A DNA stretch of 64,000 nt from an uncultured Planctomycetota bacterium (GCA_963841915.1 CAWJEN010000006.1:1344001-1408000); one strand, 5' to 3'. Positions 11,839 to 21,725 are shown, numbered from the stretch's first letter. The notes: generated by a model from the sequence alone, not told the origin. Made by a program: numbers and translations.

Positions 11839-13002
11839 GTGGTGAACCGACCGCCCCGTGCCCGCACCGCTTCCATGCCACGTCGAGCCGCACCATCCGC
11901 CGCCTCCGCCGCAAAGGCCGCCCCTAACACAGGACGGCATCGGCACCACATCGACGTCGAAACCGATGAGCCCGAGGTCCACGTCTCGATCGGCCAACGC
12001 CCCGCCGCGGCCGTGCCGGGTGGGTTCGCCAAGTTCTTCAACCGCGTCATCGACAATGGCTTGTGGTCGCAAATGCCCGACGCGGCGCGAACCGTCTACC
12101 TGCCGCTCGTTCGCCTTGCCGACGGCAGCGGGCGCGGGCCGATGCGGGCGCGATGCGGCCTGGCCGGACTCATCAAGCACACCGGCCTCAGCCGCTCGAG
12201 CGTCAAGCGGGGGCTGCGCGCGCTGCAGGATCTGCGACTGATCGTCGTCGTCAGCCAGGGCGGCGTCGGGGCCGATGGCGTCAACCGGACCAACGTTTAC
12301 GAACTGCTGGTTCCCGAGCCGGCGGATGTCACATCTGTGACATCCGCACCCACAGGGTCGGTCCAGCAGCGGACCCCCTCCCGGTCCAAGGCTGAACCGG
12401 CAGCCGGTCCGACCGCGGCCACACCGCCGGGTCAGCGACAGGCCGGAACCGGGGCCACAGGCAGACCCCTTCTAAGAGGCTCTTCCCAAACTCATAACCC
12501 AGAGGCGAGCGGGGGCCAGGTGGCTGCGCCTGGAGAGAGCACGGAGGCCGACGCGTTGGCCGAGCGGTTCGCCGCCTTCGAGTCCGACGCCGGTGACAAC
12601 GGCCGACTGGTCGCGATGCTCGGCCGCTGGGGTATCGGCGAGTCCGACGCGTCCCGGCACCTTGCCACCTTCGGCCGCCCTGCCGTGATCAAGGCGCTCG
12701 ACGATGCCCGCGACCTGCACGCCAAGGGCAAGCTTCGCAGCCCGAGCGGCTTCATCGCGTGGCGGTTGAACGAACTGGCACCGGCCGAGAAGCCGGCACC
12801 CGAACCGGCCGCGCCCGTCGCCCCGCCGACGGCCGACGGCGATATCATCGACGAACTCGCCGACGACGTGCTCGATCGGTTGGCCGCCTCGGTCCGCGCG
12901 CGGTACGCGGCCGACGCGTCGATGATCCGTTTGCTCACGAAGAAGCCGCCACGTCAGTCGCCGCTGATGCGTGCGGAGGTTGAGGCGTTGTTAAAGGGGT
13001 GA
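11839..13002 (+). CDS. Winged-HTH protein with phage/plasmid replication-initiator-like architecture
   Basis: N-terminal AARTVYLPL...LIKHTGLSRSSVKRGLRALQDLRLI...RTNVYEL (HTH_36-like), a low-complexity linker, and a C-terminal helical domain with KLRSPSGFIAWRL. Confidence 0.65.
   Translation: MVNRPPRARTASMPRRAAPSAASAAKAAPNTGRHRHHIDVETDEPEVHVSIGQRPAAAVPGGFAKFFNRVIDNGLWSQMPDAARTVYLPLVRLADGSGRGPMRARCGLAGLIKHTGLSRSSVKRGLRALQDLRLIVVVSQGGVGADGVNRTNVYELLVPEPADVTSVTSAPTGSVQQRTPSRSKAEPAAGPTAATPPGQRQAGTGATGRPLLRGSSQTHNPEASGGQVAAPGESTEADALAERFAAFESDAGDNGRLVAMLGRWGIGESDASRHLATFGRPAVIKALDDARDLHAKGKLRSPSGFIAWRLNELAPAEKPAPEPAAPVAPPTADGDIIDELADDVLDRLAASVRARYAADASMIRLLTKKPPRQSPLMRAEVEALLKG
12322..12503. repeat. 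Intragenic iteron-like array: 12-bp inverted repeat, five 23-bp-period units and an AT-richer tract
   Basis: GCGGATGTCACA-tc-TGTGACATCCGC at 12322-12347. Units start at 12360, 12383, 12406, 12429 and 12452 with a GGTCC-N6-GGACC-like consensus. 12470-12503 has 19/34 A+T. Confidence 0.6.
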
Positions 13003-13070
13003 GCTCGAAGAAACGCGAAGGCGCTAAAGGGCGAGGTCGGAGTGAAGTTCAGATGGAGCGTGAAGATGGT

Positions 13071-13106
13071 CCAGAAGCCGCGTCACAACCGTGACGCGGC
13101 TTCTGG
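13071..13106. terminator. Perfect 16-bp hairpin between convergent genes (probable terminator), nested in a larger imperfect IR
   Basis: CCAGAAGCCGCGTCAC-aacc-GTGACGCGGCTTCTGG, with outer arms CGCGAAGGCGC and GCGCCTTCGCG. Confidence 0.6.
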
Positions 13107-13171
13107 GTCCTCTTCGATTTCTGACCTTCGCTCCGTCTTCGCGCCTTCGCGATTCTGGCGAAGACGCATAC

Positions 13172-14176
13172 TCAAGCCGCGGCAGCGGTGGCCATTTCGT
13201 CTTGCTTCTGGGCCATCTGATCCCGCAGGCGGGCGATGATCGACGAGTGCATCTGGCTGACGCGCGACTCGCTGAGGTCGAGCGTCGCACCGATTTCCTT
13301 CATCGTCATCTCTTCGAAGTAGTAGAGCGTGACGATGAGTCGTTCGGCCCGGCTCAGGCCCTTTTCCATGAGCTGCTTGAGGTCTTTCCTCTGCATCTCA
13401 CGGACGGGGTTGTCGGTGTTTCGGTCTTCGAGAACGTCGATCTCGCGGACGTCCTTGTTCGAGTCGGTCTCGTACCACTTGCGGTTGAGGCTGACAACGC
13501 CGGTGGCTTGGGCGTCCTTGGAGATCTTCTCGAACTCCTCCATGTCGACTTCCATCTTGTCGGCCAGCTCTTCGCGCGTGGGCTGGCGGCCGAGCGAGAC
13601 TTCGAGGGCCTTTGTGGCGGTGTCGAGCTTGTGCGCGCGGCTGCGGACGAGACGCGGCACCCAGTCCATGCTGCGAAGCTCGTCGAGCATCGCACCTTGC
13701 ACGCGGCGGGCGCAGAAGGTTTCGAACTTGACGTCGACGTCGAACTTGAACTGATCGATCGCGTCCATCAGGCCGAAGATGCCGGCGCTGATGAGGTCCT
13801 CGATGTCGACTTCATTGGGAAGTTTGGCATAGACCCGGTCGGCGTTGAAGCGGACCAGATGGAGGTAAGCCTCCATGAGGATGTTGCGACATTGCTCGTC
13901 GCCGCTGGCCTGGTAGTGAATCCAGACACCGGCAAGGTCCTGGCGGTCCGTGCGGACGCGGATGCCGGGCGGCAGGTCGTCGACGAGCGGGAGCAGCGAC
14001 GCGGCCAGGTCGCGCTGGGCGGTCGTCGGGATGGCGCGGAGCGAGCGAACGCGGCCGCGATCATCGCGGAACGGCTTTTCGTTCTTCTCGGCGGGCGTGT
14101 CGCGACGCACAGTGTTACCTGAGCCGGCTTGCGTCGGGCGGGTGCGTCGCGGCGTGGCGGTGGCAGTGGATGACAT
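13172..14176 (-). CDS. fliA: FliA/WhiG family sigma factor (sigma28)
   Basis: DLISAGIFGLMDAI, RVQGAMLDELRSMDWVPR and MTMKEIGATLDLSESRVSQMH motifs. Start placed at ATG 14176. Confidence 0.95.
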   Translation of the reverse strand: MSSTATATPRRTRPTQAGSGNTVRRDTPAEKNEKPFRDDRGRVRSLRAIPTTAQRDLAASLLPLVDDLPPGIRVRTDRQDLAGVWIHYQASGDEQCRNILMEAYLHLVRFNADRVYAKLPNEVDIEDLISAGIFGLMDAIDQFKFDVDVKFETFCARRVQGAMLDELRSMDWVPRLVRSRAHKLDTATKALEVSLGRQPTREELADKMEVDMEEFEKISKDAQATGVVSLNRKWYETDSNKDVREIDVLEDRNTDNPVREMQRKDLKQLMEKGLSRAERLIVTLYYFEEMTMKEIGATLDLSESRVSQMHSSIIARLRDQMAQKQDEMATAAAA

Positions 14177-14446
14177 GAAGTCTCCCGGTCCGTGGGAACC
14201 TCGTAACGAGGTCGAAGGCGCCGCTTGAGCGGCAAGAAGCAAAACCGGCGGATCCATCCGCAGCGGCCGTGTGCCAGTGTACCGAAGTCAACCGCAACGC
14301 CAAGTCCTACGCGGGGGAAAACTGCGGGTTCGATAACACCATGCCTCTCAAGGCTGGCAACGCCGCGGCTAACGGACGACTCGTGACAAGCTGTAAGATT
14401 CTGCTGTAGATGCCGTGGATCGTTTGCCGAATGGCGCGGAAAACGC

Positions 14447-14725
14447 TCAGCCCACCGTGGGAATTTCTTCCTGTTCCAGCGCTGCCCGCTTCTCGGCGAG
14501 CGTGCGACGGGCGTCGGCGAGCTTGGCGGCGTCGCGGTCCAGACTTTCGCGCACCATCCGCTCGGCCATTAGGCCGACGACAAAGCCGACGATGAACGTC
14601 ACGCCCAGGCCGACCAGCGCGCGAAGGACGGCCGTCTCCAGCGTGTTGTCACCCACCAACACGCCGGCCATCAGGCAGCAGGCAAAGGCGATGAGGGACA
14701 GCGTGCCGGCGATACGGGCGGCCAT
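14447..14725 (-). CDS. Small 2-TM hypothetical protein in the flagellar cluster
   Basis: 92-aa ORF directly after flhG; two hydrophobic helices and a charged tail. Confidence 0.7.
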   Translation of the reverse strand: MAARIAGTLSLIAFACCLMAGVLVGDNTLETAVLRALVGLGVTFIVGFVVGLMAERMVRESLDRDAAKLADARRTLAEKRAALEQEEIPTVG

Positions 14726-14737
14726 GGGTGCTTTGGA

Positions 14738-15706
14738 TCAGGAGCGGATGCGATGGGCCAGACGCCCGAAGAAACGACCCGCTTTGTGCGGCGCGACGAC
14801 GCCCTGCTCCAACCGCGCGGCCAACCGAAGGACGGCGGCGGCGGCGGGTGAAGTCGGCTCGGAAATCGCGAACGGCTTACGCGAGCGGACCGCGCGCGTC
14901 ACCGCTTTATCACTCGGGACGAAGCCGGCATCGTCGATGGCGACGCCCAGGAACTGAGCCGCCACCTTGGCGACGCGTTCAAAGACGCTGCGTGCCTCTG
15001 AAGCGCCTTTGGCCTGATTGACGAGTAGCGACACGCGTGGCCCGCCTTCGCGATCCTGCCTGCCGCGGAGCACGACCTTGATGGTCGCGTACGCGTCGGT
15101 GACGGCAGTCGGTTCAGGTGTGGTGACGACGAGCACGTCGTCGGCACTTCGCGTGAAACTCAGGACATTGGGACTGATGCCCGCGCCGGTGTCGACGAGA
15201 ATGATGTCGGCCGACCGCTCGAGCGAGTCGAGCGCAGCCAGCAGTCGGTCGTGTTCGGCGGCGGGAAGGTCGGCCATGCGGGCGAGCCCCGTCGCGCCGG
15301 CGGCAAGTCGAAATCCGCCCGGGCCGGTCGCCAGCACGTCGTCGAGCGAACGCCTACGCGCGACAACGTGGGCCAGGTTGTGCGTGAGATTCAGCCCGCA
15401 CAGCACGTCGGCATTGGCGAGGCCCATGTCGGCGTCGAGGAGCACGACCGACTTGCCCGCCTGGGCGAGCACACCTGCAAGGTTGACGGCAATGTTGGTC
15501 TTACCAACGCCACCCTTGCCACTGGTGACGGCGATGACGCGGGCGCGGCGGGTGACGGGCTCCGGCGTCGGTAGCTGTGCAGGTGGCGCTTCGACGGGTC
15601 GCGTCGCTCTTCGCTGCCCCATGAGCTGGCGCAGCCGGGTCGCCTGATCATCGACCGGTGCTGACCGGCCGAAGGTGTTGGCGATGTTGGCGTTCATTGC
15701 TGTCAT
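14738..15706 (-). CDS. flhG: MinD/ParA family ATPase FlhG/FleN
   Basis: VTSGKGGVGKT, LLDADMGLAN, DTGAGIS and TTPEPTAVTDAYA motifs; follows flhF. Confidence 0.93.
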   Translation of the reverse strand: MTAMNANIANTFGRSAPVDDQATRLRQLMGQRRATRPVEAPPAQLPTPEPVTRRARVIAVTSGKGGVGKTNIAVNLAGVLAQAGKSVVLLDADMGLANADVLCGLNLTHNLAHVVARRRSLDDVLATGPGGFRLAAGATGLARMADLPAAEHDRLLAALDSLERSADIILVDTGAGISPNVLSFTRSADDVLVVTTPEPTAVTDAYATIKVVLRGRQDREGGPRVSLLVNQAKGASEARSVFERVAKVAAQFLGVAIDDAGFVPSDKAVTRAVRSRKPFAISEPTSPAAAAVLRLAARLEQGVVAPHKAGRFFGRLAHRIRS

Positions 15707-15759
15707 ACGTGCCCCGGCAAAACCAAACGGCTAGATCAATTCAACGGTCCGGCCCACGC

Positions 15760-17220
15760 TTAGGCGGCGGCGCGGGCAGAGCTGTTGTCGCTCGACCCGT
15801 CGGTACGCCCCGTTGCCGCCTTCGGTTTCTCAGGGTCGCTCGGCGACAGGTCCGAGTCGCCGTCGGCGTCGTCGGTCAAAATCAGGTTCGCCAGCCGGCT
15901 CGAGTCGGCCGTCTCCATATCGGCTGACACGTCCTGGCCGGTCGTGACGTAGCTGATGGGCAGCTGGCGGTCACCGGCGGCGCCGACGATGACGCCGATG
16001 TCGGCCGCCTCGTCGAGCTTCGTAAAGATGAGGCGATCAGCACGCACGCCCGCAAAACGCTGCAGAGCAAGGCTCAGCGAACGCGGCCCACAGCAAGCAT
16101 TGAGCACCAGGTGCACCTCGGCCGGATCGGCAGCGTCGAGGAACGAGGCCAGCTCGCCGAGCTTGACGCTGTCACGCGGACTGCGACCGGCTGTGTCGAT
16201 CAGCACATAGTCGTAGTCGGCCACGCGGGCGATGGCGTCCTTGATCTCGCGCGGCTCGCTGACGACTGTCAAAGGCACGTTCAAGATCTGAGCGTACTTC
16301 TGCAGTTGGTCGATCGCAGCGATGCGGTAGGTGTCGATCGTGATGAGCGCGACGCGGGCGTTGTCCCGCATCATGAGGCTTGCGGCGAGCTTGGCGATTG
16401 TTGTCGTCTTACCGACACCGGTCGGGCCGACGAGTGCGACGACCTTCGGGCGGCCGGGTGTTCTGGCGGGCTTGGTTGCGCCGCTGGTGGCCAGACGCTG
16501 CGTCAGTCCGGCACGGACGAGGTCGATCAGCGGCGTTTCGCCGCGACGTTCTTTGAGCGCGGCCGTCGTCTCGTCGAGGGCGGCAGCAACGAGTTCGCCG
16601 GCAATCTTCGGGCACACCTGGGCATCAATGAGCTTGCGGTAGATCGCAGCCGCTTCGGGTGGCAGGTGCGGCGTGCGGCCGTCGCGAACCTGCTCGATGA
16701 GTGTGCCGACGACGGCGCTGAGCTGCGTGACCTGGCTGCTGACGTCGAACATGGCCGCAGCGGTGGCCGCGGGCGAGGTCATAAACGCGGTTTTGGCGTC
16801 CATCGTGGGCTGATTGCCACGCGGCAGGAGGGCCGCTCCACCGGCGACGGCCGAGGCTCGACTGGCGGCCTGGGCGTAGGCGGCTTGGGCGCCGGGCATC
16901 GGAGCCGTCTGCGCCGGCCGGTCGGCCACCGTGCGCGGCCGCGACATGCCGTTAATGCCGCGACCTGCGGTGATCTCGATGTGCTCCGAGCGGATCAGGC
17001 CGAGCAAGCGGCGGCTGCGGACGGTGCGGGTCGACAGCACGACAGCTTCTTTGCCCAGCTCGCTGCGGACACAGCTGAGGCATTGACTCAGGGTCGGGGC
17101 GATGAACTTGCGAAGCTCCATGCGGCCACCGGTAGAGGGTTCACCACCGCTTTGCCGCGGACGCCGCGCTGCGGCGAGTGCGGGAACAGTGGGGGCGGCG
17201 GTGGTGTGGGTCTGGTGCAT
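15760..17220 (-). CDS. flhF: Flagellar biosynthesis SRP-type GTPase FlhF
   Basis: ELGKEAVVLSTR, GPTGVGKTTTIAKLAA, DTYRIAA, DTAGRS and TKLDE motifs. Start is 17220 (GAGG RBS) or 17121. Confidence 0.93.
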   Translation of the reverse strand: MHQTHTTAAPTVPALAAARRPRQSGGEPSTGGRMELRKFIAPTLSQCLSCVRSELGKEAVVLSTRTVRSRRLLGLIRSEHIEITAGRGINGMSRPRTVADRPAQTAPMPGAQAAYAQAASRASAVAGGAALLPRGNQPTMDAKTAFMTSPAATAAAMFDVSSQVTQLSAVVGTLIEQVRDGRTPHLPPEAAAIYRKLIDAQVCPKIAGELVAAALDETTAALKERRGETPLIDLVRAGLTQRLATSGATKPARTPGRPKVVALVGPTGVGKTTTIAKLAASLMMRDNARVALITIDTYRIAAIDQLQKYAQILNVPLTVVSEPREIKDAIARVADYDYVLIDTAGRSPRDSVKLGELASFLDAADPAEVHLVLNACCGPRSLSLALQRFAGVRADRLIFTKLDEAADIGVIVGAAGDRQLPISYVTTGQDVSADMETADSSRLANLILTDDADGDSDLSPSDPEKPKAATGRTDGSSDNSSARAAA

Positions 17221-17320
17221 GGTGCCTCGCGTCCTGCAAGGGCTGAAAAGTGCGGGTGGGCTGTTGTGCCCGCCCGTGTCGCCGTCCGGCTCCGCCGGAT
17301 AGTTCAATCGACTGTAATGG

Positions 17321-17349
17321 TTATCGGTCGTTGATGTATTTGGTCATGA
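17321..17349 (-). promoter_or_regulatory. Putative sigma28-type promoter upstream of flhF
   Basis: Minus strand TCATG-N16-ACCGATAA. Confidence 0.45.
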
Positions 17350-17355
17350 GTGCAA

Positions 17356-19503
17356 TCAGTTCAGGCCCGCCATGGCCACGGCTTCGACGTGGACGTCGGG
17401 GACGATTTCGTTGTAGCCCACCACTGCGACCTGCGGCAGCGTGCCCTCGAGCAGCCTTCGAATCGGCAGCCGAACGTGCGGGCCGCAGACGACGACGCCC
17501 GGGCGACCCGTTGCCGTCAGCTCCGCCACCTTCTCGGCAATGACGCGAACCACAGCCTGCGCCGGGCCGGGTGGCATCGTGTTGGTCGCGGCGACCGACT
17601 TGTCGTCCTGCTGCAGGTGCTGTGCGACCGCGTCCTCGAGGGCCGGATCGAGCGTGATGCAGTGCAGGCGGTCCTCTTCGTCGACGTACTGCTTGCAAAT
17701 GGTGCGGGCCAGTGCGTTTCGGCAGTATTCGGCCAGAACGTCGGTGTCCTTGGTCCTGCCGCCGTAGTCGCCGAGCGTTTCGAGAATCGTTTCGAGGTCG
17801 CGAATCGGCACGCGTTCTTTGAGCAGGTTTTGCAGGACTTTCTGCACTTCACCGAACTTGACGACGGCCGGCACGACTTCTTCGACGAGCGCGGGCACGC
17901 GCTCCTTGAGGCCGTCGATGAGCTTGCGCACATCCTGCCGGCCCAGCAACTCGTGGGCGTGTCGGCGGATGACTTCGGTCAGGTGCGTCACGATGACAGC
18001 CGTCGTCTCGGCGACCGTGTAGTTCAGCAGCTCGGCCTCGGGCTTCTGCGGTGCGGTGATCCAGTAGGCGGGCAGTCCGAAGGCCGGCTCGGTCGTCTTG
18101 TACGCGTGCTGCAGCTCACCGGCGACAGTGCCGTTGTCCATGGCAAGGTACTGGTCGGGGTACGCCTCGCCGCGACTGACGGCCATGCCGCGGACCTTGA
18201 TCTGGTAGTCGTTGGGGCCGAGCTGCACGTTGTCGCGGATGCGAATGGCCGGCACGAGCAGGCCAAGTTCTGCGGCGACCTGCCGGCGGATGATGCCGAC
18301 GCGCGCCAGCAGGTCACCGTTCTGTTCTTCATCGACGAGCGAGAGCAGGCCGTAGCCGATCTCCAGTTCCATCGCGTCGACTTCGAGCAGTTCTTCGACG
18401 GGACGCGGCTTGTCTTGCTCGCGGGCGGCGTCGGACATTGCGCGGCGTTCGCCGACTTCGCTTTCGATCCGCTTGCCGCGGTAGAGCATGAACGCCAGCC
18501 CGCCACAGCAAAGCCCGACGACCAGCAACGGCATCGCCGGCAGGCCGGTGAAGGCCATCAGGCCCAGGAAGACGGCCGAGATGATCAGCGGCTTGGGATT
18601 GTCGGCGACCTGCTTGGCGACTTCTTCGCCGAGCTCGCTGCGGGTCGAGGAGCGTGTGACGATAAGGGCCGCACCGAGTGCGGTGACGAAGGCCGGCACC
18701 TGGCTGACCAGGCCGTCACCGATGGTCAGTCGCGTGAAAAGCTCAGCCGTTTCGGCCAATGCCCAGCCACGCTCGACGAGGCCGACGTACATGCCGCCGG
18801 CGACATTGACGAGTGTGATGATGATGCCCGCAATCGCATCGCCGCGCGTGAATTTGCTGGCACCGTCCATCGCTCCGTAGAAGTCGGCTTCCTGCGTGAC
18901 TTCTTCGCGACGCTTGCGGGCGGTCTGCTCGTCGAGCAGGCCGGCGTTGAGGTCGGCGTCGATGGCCATCTGCTTGCCCGGCATCGCGTCGAGCGTGAAC
19001 CGGGCGGCGACTTCACTGATTCGGGTCGCACCTTTGGTGATGACGACGAACTGGATGACGAAGATGATCGCGAAGATGATGAAACCGACGGCCATCGAGC
19101 CGCCGGTCACAAAGTCGCTGAAGGCGCGGACCACGTCGCCGGCGTCACCGGCGGCGGCCTCGGCAGACGCCCCGCCGCCACCGGCATTCAGAATCAACCG
19201 CGTCGTGGCGACGTTCAACACCAGCCGGAACATCGTCGTCGCCAAGAGCAGGCTCGGCAGGACGGCAAACTCCAGCGGCGACTTCACATAGATCGCCGTC
19301 ACCAGCAGCACGATGCTGAACGTGATGTTCAACACCAGCAGCAAATCGAGGATCGCCGACGGCAGCGGAACCAGCAGCACCAACAGCAACGCGATGCAGC
19401 CGACCGGAAAGATGAGCCCACGATGCTGGCCGAGCTTGTCGATCCACGCCAACGCACCGGGCGCGGCGACCTGCGCAGAAGATGGAGACGCGAGCTGGCT
19501 CAT
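17356..19503 (-). CDS. flhA: Flagellar export protein FlhA
   Basis: FRLVLNVATTRLIL, ITKGATRISEVAARFTLDAMPGKQMAIDADL and FYGAMDGASKF motifs. Confidence 0.98.
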   Translation of the reverse strand: MSQLASPSSAQVAAPGALAWIDKLGQHRGLIFPVGCIALLLVLLVPLPSAILDLLLVLNITFSIVLLVTAIYVKSPLEFAVLPSLLLATTMFRLVLNVATTRLILNAGGGGASAEAAAGDAGDVVRAFSDFVTGGSMAVGFIIFAIIFVIQFVVITKGATRISEVAARFTLDAMPGKQMAIDADLNAGLLDEQTARKRREEVTQEADFYGAMDGASKFTRGDAIAGIIITLVNVAGGMYVGLVERGWALAETAELFTRLTIGDGLVSQVPAFVTALGAALIVTRSSTRSELGEEVAKQVADNPKPLIISAVFLGLMAFTGLPAMPLLVVGLCCGGLAFMLYRGKRIESEVGERRAMSDAAREQDKPRPVEELLEVDAMELEIGYGLLSLVDEEQNGDLLARVGIIRRQVAAELGLLVPAIRIRDNVQLGPNDYQIKVRGMAVSRGEAYPDQYLAMDNGTVAGELQHAYKTTEPAFGLPAYWITAPQKPEAELLNYTVAETTAVIVTHLTEVIRRHAHELLGRQDVRKLIDGLKERVPALVEEVVPAVVKFGEVQKVLQNLLKERVPIRDLETILETLGDYGGRTKDTDVLAEYCRNALARTICKQYVDEEDRLHCITLDPALEDAVAQHLQQDDKSVAATNTMPPGPAQAVVRVIAEKVAELTATGRPGVVVCGPHVRLPIRRLLEGTLPQVAVVGYNEIVPDVHVEAVAMAGLN

Positions 19504-19562
19504 GCGGCAATCCGTTGCCTACCGACGGGTCACGCTGGCATCCTGCCGGCGCGGATCGGTCG

Positions 19563-20639
19563 TCAAGTCGCTGAGGCGAGCTGCCGGTCCAACCGGTAGA
19601 CGTACGCCAACAACTCGGCGACGGCCGAGTAGAAATCTTCGGGTATTTCCCCGCCAACATCAACGGCACCGAACAGCGCCCTTGCAAGCGGAGGCTTCTC
19701 CACAATCGGCACACCGTTGGCCGTGGCGATTTCGCGGATCCGCATCGCCATCAAATCGCCTCCCTTGGCGACCACACGCGGCGCGTGCATCGTCCCTTCG
19801 TCGTACTTGATCGCGACGGCAAAGTGCGTCGGGTTCGTCACGATGACGTCAGCCCCTGGCACATCGGTTCGGATGCTCTGCATCGACCGTTGCATCGCAA
19901 CCTGCCGACGACGTTGCTTGATCTGCGGGTCGCCCTCCATCTTCTTCATCTCGTCCTTCACCTGCTGGTGCGTCATCTTGAGGTCTTGCTCGTGCTTCCA
20001 CCGCTGGTAGGCAAAGTCGGCCATCGAGATGATGAGCAACGCGGCGGCGACCTTGAAGCCGACCTTGAGGATCGACGCTGCCGCCAGCGGTCCGACGGCG
20101 ACGGCATCGGCGCGTTGCAGCCCGACGACCACGCCCAGCTCGGCCCACACCGCCCAGGCGGCCACGGCGGCGACGGCAAACAGCTTGAGCAGATTCATAC
20201 CGAAGCCGACGTACGTGCGGCTGGTGAAGAACAGCTTTTTGAACCCCTTGATCGGGTCGAGCGTCTCGAGTTTGGGTTGCAGCTTCTTCGGCGCCAGCAA
20301 CAGGCCGACCTGGGCCACGTTGGCGACGATGGCAAAGAAGACCAAGGCAGCCATCATCGGGACCAGCGTCCAACCGACCTCGCTGAGCGTCGCCATCGAG
20401 AGCCTGCGGACGGCGTCGACGTCACCGACCCTCGCGATGTCGGTAAATGAGCGAATGGTCGTGTCGTAGACGGCCATCCAGACGCCGCCACCGAGCATCC
20501 AAAGCATCAGCAGCGACCCGAACAGCACCACGCCGGCGGCCAGGTCCTGGCTTTTGGCTACATTGCCCTCTTCCCGCGCTTCCTGCCGTTTGCGCGGGGT
20601 GGGCTCTTGACTCTTATCTTGATCGTCGTCGTCTGCCAC
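19563..20639 (-). CDS. flhB: Flagellar export protein FlhB
   Basis: EPTPRKRQEAREEGNV, EGDPQIK and the TNPTHFAVA autocleavage motif. Confidence 0.97.
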   Translation of the reverse strand: MADDDDQDKSQEPTPRKRQEAREEGNVAKSQDLAAGVVLFGSLLMLWMLGGGVWMAVYDTTIRSFTDIARVGDVDAVRRLSMATLSEVGWTLVPMMAALVFFAIVANVAQVGLLLAPKKLQPKLETLDPIKGFKKLFFTSRTYVGFGMNLLKLFAVAAVAAWAVWAELGVVVGLQRADAVAVGPLAAASILKVGFKVAAALLIISMADFAYQRWKHEQDLKMTHQQVKDEMKKMEGDPQIKQRRRQVAMQRSMQSIRTDVPGADVIVTNPTHFAVAIKYDEGTMHAPRVVAKGGDLMAMRIREIATANGVPIVEKPPLARALFGAVDVGGEIPEDFYSAVAELLAYVYRLDRQLASAT

Positions 20640-20651
20640 GGGAGCGCGGGG

Positions 20652-21440
20652 TTAGGTCTGAGTCCAGACCCGTTCGGCGAGGGTGAGGCCTTCGCCGATG
20701 GCGTCGGCGAGGAGGCCACCGGTGATGGCCAGACCGCTGATAACGACGAGCAGGCCGATCATCGCACGCAGACTCAGGCCGACGCTGAGCAGGTTGAGCG
20801 CGGGGATCGTCTTGCCGAGCATGCCCAGCGACAGGTCGACGACGAGCATCGACACGCAAACGGGCGCTGCGATGCGGAGCGCGAGTCCGCCGCTTGCGGC
20901 AAGGGAGTCGACGAGCAGGTCGAGCGAGTCCGTCGTCATGGCAAACGACATGGGCGGCACGTGGGCGAAGCTCTGGCGGATGCCGAGGATCATGTCGTGG
21001 TGGCCGTCGAGCGACAGGAAGATGAAGAGCGTAAGGACGAAGAGCGCGTCACCGAGTGGGTTGCCACCCATGTCGCTCTGCGGGTTGAACGCTCCGGCCA
21101 TATTGAAGCCCATCTGCTGCCCGGCGACGCCACCGGCCCAGCGTGCGCCGTAGAAGGCCAACGACATGAGCATGCCGGCGACAAGGCCGAAGCCGATCTC
21201 GCCGATGAGGCCCAGCGCCAGCAGCCAGGGTGAATCGGGCAGCGGGCCGGGCATCGGCAGATCACCTGCGACGGCCAGGCACAGCGTCATCGCGACCGCG
21301 AAGTACAGCTTCACCGGCATCGGAATTCGGCCCGAGCCCAGCAACGGCGCAACAGCCATCAGGCCCATCAGACGAAACGCCACCAGCGCAAACGCCTGCG
21401 GTATCCCGGCGACGTCGAGGATGGTGACGAGCTGATTCAC
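20652..21440 (-). CDS. fliR: Flagellar export protein FliR
   Basis: Hydrophobic; AGQQMGF, LDGHH and LGKTIPALN motifs; gene order. Confidence 0.95.
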   Translation of the reverse strand: MNQLVTILDVAGIPQAFALVAFRLMGLMAVAPLLGSGRIPMPVKLYFAVAMTLCLAVAGDLPMPGPLPDSPWLLALGLIGEIGFGLVAGMLMSLAFYGARWAGGVAGQQMGFNMAGAFNPQSDMGGNPLGDALFVLTLFIFLSLDGHHDMILGIRQSFAHVPPMSFAMTTDSLDLLVDSLAASGGLALRIAAPVCVSMLVVDLSLGMLGKTIPALNLLSVGLSLRAMIGLLVVISGLAITGGLLADAIGEGLTLAERVWTQT

Positions 21441-21706
21441 GGTGTGGCGCTGAGACTGAAGATCGTCTCGGCGAAGCGGATGATCTGTGCGCCTGCCCAG
21501 GGCAACGCGATGACCGCGGCGGCAAACATGGCGACGATTTTCGGAATGAACGCCAAACTCTGCTCCTGAACCTGCGTGACCGCCTGCAGAAGCGACACGG
21601 CCACACCCACGACGAGGCCGGCGGCGAGCACCGGGGCTGAGCAGATCAGGACGAGCAACAGGGCTTCGCGCAGCAAGGCCACACTGGTGTCCATGTCAAT
21701 GTTCAT
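21437..21706 (-). CDS. fliQ: Flagellar export protein FliQ
   Basis: LLQAVTQVQEQSLAFIPK motif. Confidence 0.97.
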   Translation of the reverse strand: MNIDMDTSVALLREALLLVLICSAPVLAAGLVVGVAVSLLQAVTQVQEQSLAFIPKIVAMFAAAVIALPWAGAQIIRFAETIFSLSATP

Positions 21707-21725
21707 GGTGTCTCCTTAGAAGTGG

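Noticed and set aside
12360..12467. Possible CRISPR array or protein-level repeat
   Set aside because: Units are too short and degenerate, with no spacers or cas genes; the period is not a multiple of 3. Treated as iteron-like instead.
17350..19599. Long antisense ORFs (749 aa here; also 5506-6792, 39302-40957, 42606-43928, 53894-55660, 60194-61636)
   Set aside because: Shadow ORFs opposite clear genes, expected in high-GC DNA; no recognisable motifs.
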